From positions 1 to 25,469 of the IMG/VR virus record IMGVR_UViG_3300014208_000121: a DNA stretch of 25,469 nt, one strand, 5' to 3'. The translations under genes were made by a program, and so were the position numbers. Position 1 is the stretch's first letter. Each line of letters begins with the position of its first letter. Origin of the DNA: a virus. Its lineage: Duplodnaviria; Caudoviricetes. Positions 23,142-25,469 of this stretch are shown piece by piece. The notes below the pieces were generated by a model. The model was not told where the DNA came from and did no database searches. It saw nothing but the letters and a program-made list of their open reading frames with translations.

Positions 23142-23903
23142 ATGAATATTATTGATAATGCAGCATGGGATGACGTTTATCTGATCGAAACGAGCGATTA
23201 CGTTTTAGGGGGAGTAGAGGGAACCAGCAACGAACAGGCAAAAGCTCTCGCTAACCGTACCCGATATCTGCACGATTTGCTTGAAGCAATTGAAAATGAA
23301 ATAGCGCTAATGCCGACATCGAATGTGATGAATCAGGCGCTTTCGCTCAAAGCTGATAAAACCTATACAGATACGGAGCTTGGCAAAAAAGCCGACAAAA
23401 CCTATACAGATAACAAGCTGGGGCTCAAAGCGGATAAAACCTATGTCGATGATGGGTTTGCTATAAAATCGTCGGTAACTGCCAAAGCTGATAAAACCTA
23501 TACAGACACGGAGCTTGGCAAAAAAGCCGACAAATCTTATACAGACACGGAGCTTGGCAAAAAAGCGGATAAAAGCTATGTCGATAATAACTTTTTGGCA
23601 GCATCAAAAATTGTTACTGCAACATCCGGTGAGGTACAAACTTCAGCCCGTGCAGGTGGACAATTGCAGGCCAATTGGAACTATAACTTCGCAGATATAT
23701 ATCCTCCATCAGGGTTTACGATGTCAAATTTAATTGGCTTTATATGCTCCCCTGCAATTATTTACTTTAATGGAGTGGTAAATGGAGATGACACTTTGTA
23801 CTGCCGTTGGGAACGACGGCTTGATTATGTGCGTGTCATCTGCCAAAACAGTGAGAGCCGTGGGGTCAGCTCCGTCAACTATTTGGCGATGTGGCAAAAA
23901 TGA
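23142..23903 (+). CDS. Short tail-fibre-like protein with KADKTY repeats
   Basis: Fibre-type N-terminus 'W..VYLIETSD.VLGG..G.SN.QAK.LANRT.YL', six repeats, globular C-terminal tip. Confidence 0.75.
   Translation: MNIIDNAAWDDVYLIETSDYVLGGVEGTSNEQAKALANRTRYLHDLLEAIENEIALMPTSNVMNQALSLKADKTYTDTELGKKADKTYTDNKLGLKADKTYVDDGFAIKSSVTAKADKTYTDTELGKKADKSYTDTELGKKADKSYVDNNFLAASKIVTATSGEVQTSARAGGQLQANWNYNFADIYPPSGFTMSNLIGFICSPAIIYFNGVVNGDDTLYCRWERRLDYVRVICQNSESRGVSSVNYLAMWQK
23349..23585 (+). repeat. Six in-frame KADK(T/S)Y(T/V)D repeats, mostly 39-bp period
   Basis: Units start 23349, 23388, 23427, 23484, 23523, 23562. Confidence 0.9.
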
Positions 23904-24610
23904 TGAACTCGCTCCTCCCTACTCATTACACGCCGAGTGAGCATGCGCTCGATGCGGTCAGCGAAGAGGTTCGTAATAAGCTCTCCGCTGATTTGTGGGA
24001 TGCTCCGATTCTTGATCCAATGCGATGCAATGAGAAATTTTTACCGATGCTCGCCAAATTCTACGGGGCCGAACTGTGGATGAGTAATATGACTACTGAT
24101 CAGCAGCGTAAAGCGATCGGAGATTCGATTGCAATCCGTAAAAAGCGCGGTACTACATGGTCAGTCAAGCAGGTAATAAAAAGCTTCGATGAGGGTGCAA
24201 GCGTCATCGAGGGGGTTTCCCCCATCCGCTATGACGGTACTCATCATTACGACGGAGCACAGCAACACGGAGTCAACGACGAATGGGCGGAGTACTCCGT
24301 CATGCTTACACAGCCGATCCCAAGTGCGGACGATCAGATCCGCTTTATGAACATGCTTGGAAGTTATGCACCGGCACGCTGTCATCTTGTCGGGATTGAC
24401 TGGCGCGTAGGGGTCTCATCCCCAGTGGAGGCAAAGAGCAACGCTATATTTGCGATCGATCCTTATTCATCGCTCAGTATCAGTGCCTCATCACCCTGCG
24501 CTCATGAGACTATGGCTGTATTCGACTGGGATTGTGAGAGTGAACTTTTAATCAGTGCTTCGCTTGCATCCTCGGCATCTATGGGTGCGATGACGCACTT
24601 AAACATATAA
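23900..24610 (+). CDS. Phage tail protein I (P2 gpI-like)
   Basis: 'SLLP..DP.RC...LP.LA....W...R.AI......KRGT..SVK', 'APARCHL'. Confidence 0.85.
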   Translation: MMNSLLPTHYTPSEHALDAVSEEVRNKLSADLWDAPILDPMRCNEKFLPMLAKFYGAELWMSNMTTDQQRKAIGDSIAIRKKRGTTWSVKQVIKSFDEGASVIEGVSPIRYDGTHHYDGAQQHGVNDEWAEYSVMLTQPIPSADDQIRFMNMLGSYAPARCHLVGIDWRVGVSSPVEAKSNAIFAIDPYSSLSISASSPCAHETMAVFDWDCESELLISASLASSASMGAMTHLNI

Positions 24611-24620
24611 GGAGAAACCA

Positions 24621-25469
24621 ATGGCAGTTACAGGCATACCAACAACATCAGGGTTGACGATCCTATCCGGATCACTTAAAGAAGGGGTAACGAAATTTGC
24701 CCTCTACGGCACATCGACCGCTACGACCGACGTACCGTTTACTGAGGCGAGTACGATCGCAACGCTCGCATCATATCTGGTTGGAACGTTTGACGTGAGT
24801 CGTGGGTATTTCGATCAGACCGGCGTACTCACGTTCGAGTGTCCGATCCCTTATAACACCAATTCGACCAAATGGGTAGGAGCATGTGGACTGATCCATG
24901 TCGATCCATCTACCGGAGCAAGCACACTCGTTGCGATAACTCAGGTACCTAAATTTCAAAAGGTATCCGGTATCGGAGGAACGGTTATCTATAAAGTGCC
25001 AATCGCAGGAACAGCTGGATCACCGGTATTTGGTACTGAGAGCTATGCGACCAGTGTGCAGGTTGATGAGCGTCTCAATGAACTGTATAGCGGTTTAATG
25101 ATCGCGATGGATCAGGCGGGGCTTGCTAATAAAGAGATTGAAAAGACACGAACTAAGCGGATTCAGTCGGGGGTGATCACACTCAAAAATCGAGGGGTTA
25201 TCAAAGGGTGTACTCTCACAAAAAGTATTACGGCCACTCGTAACCTGAGTCTTGGCAATGGAACGGCGTACATGAACGGACAAATACTTGCGGTAGCTGA
25301 TCAGCTCAATACCGCTGTGGTACCGGTTAATACCGATGTCGTTTCGAAGACATGTTATGCCTATATGTGGATCGATACGTCTGGCAACGTGCAGGTGGAC
25401 TGTACTGCTTTGGGTGGAAGTGTCCCCAGTACCGCTATGGCTATGTATCTCATCACGGTACCCGCCAAC
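24621..25469 (+). CDS. Probable tail fibre / fibre-base protein, 3' end outside window (not in ORF track)
   Basis: AAGGAG RBS, ATG 24621, open for 283 codons to window end (MAVTGIPTTSGL...MDQAGLANKEIEK...NRGVIKGC...TRNLSL); follows gpI. Confidence 0.75.
   Translation, partial: MAVTGIPTTSGLTILSGSLKEGVTKFALYGTSTATTDVPFTEASTIATLASYLVGTFDVSRGYFDQTGVLTFECPIPYNTNSTKWVGACGLIHVDPSTGASTLVAITQVPKFQKVSGIGGTVIYKVPIAGTAGSPVFGTESYATSVQVDERLNELYSGLMIAMDQAGLANKEIEKTRTKRIQSGVITLKNRGVIKGCTLTKSITATRNLSLGNGTAYMNGQILAVADQLNTAVVPVNTDVVSKTCYAYMWIDTSGNVQVDCTALGGSVPSTAMAMYLITVPAN

Larger units (their letters stand above)
111..25469. mobile_element. Integrated prophage (left part), cos-type head with contractile-tail baseplate; continues beyond right edge
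   Basis: Continuous xis-like/repressor/replication/terminase/portal/capsid/baseplate/fibre module order starting at a disrupted tRNA; integrase not in window. Confidence 0.95.

Noticed and set aside
23349-23585. CRISPR array
   Set aside because: In-frame coding repeats without unique spacers; no cas genes.
533-25283. Numerous opposite-strand or alternate-frame ORFs in the track (e.g. 533..748, 2419..2811, 4571..4882, 6336..6686, 12461..12823, 18820..19290, 21740..22267, 24771..24959)
   Set aside because: They overlap well-supported genes, lack RBSs and recognisable motifs; treated as shadow ORFs.
1-25469. DGR template repeat, avd or reverse transcriptase within the window
   Set aside because: I found no second copy of the 4685..4798 sequence and no ORF with RT motifs; the DGR call rests on the VR signature only.

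Overview
The window is the left ~25 kb of an integrated temperate phage, a cos/lambda-type head plus a P2/Mu-type contractile-tail baseplate. The host is AT-rich and uses AAGGA-type RBSs; a Campylobacterota host is my guess and is not demonstrated. Order: host promoter and a tRNA(CAU) cut at its anticodon arm (attL), a complete second tRNA(CAU) copy, a leftward early operon (Xis-like HTH, small ORFs, ParB, ParA, a CLec/FGE-fold protein, DUF2303-like pair, Cro/Ner-like HTH), CI repressor with four TAAG-N8-CTTA operators on two sigma70 promoters, two accessory envelope genes, a rightward CII/HTH/DnaB/initiator operon with iterons, gpZ-like gene, a lambda-like cos site, terminase, portal, fused protease-capsid, head-tail genes, baseplate V/W/J/I and fibre genes running off the right edge. 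No integrase, lysis cassette, sheath/tube, reverse transcriptase or template repeat is in the window. The most striking signal is the early, non-structural gene 4619..5443, which ends in a 114-nt segment with the codon signature of a diversity-generating retroelement (DGR) variable repeat, followed by hairpins, i.e. a probable remote DGR target outside the tail module. Also notable: integration apparently destroys the host tRNA while the phage supplies a whole replacement, and ParAB comes with a dispersed TTTTCCCGCGGGAAAA palindrome. Family assignments are from motif recognition, not database searches.
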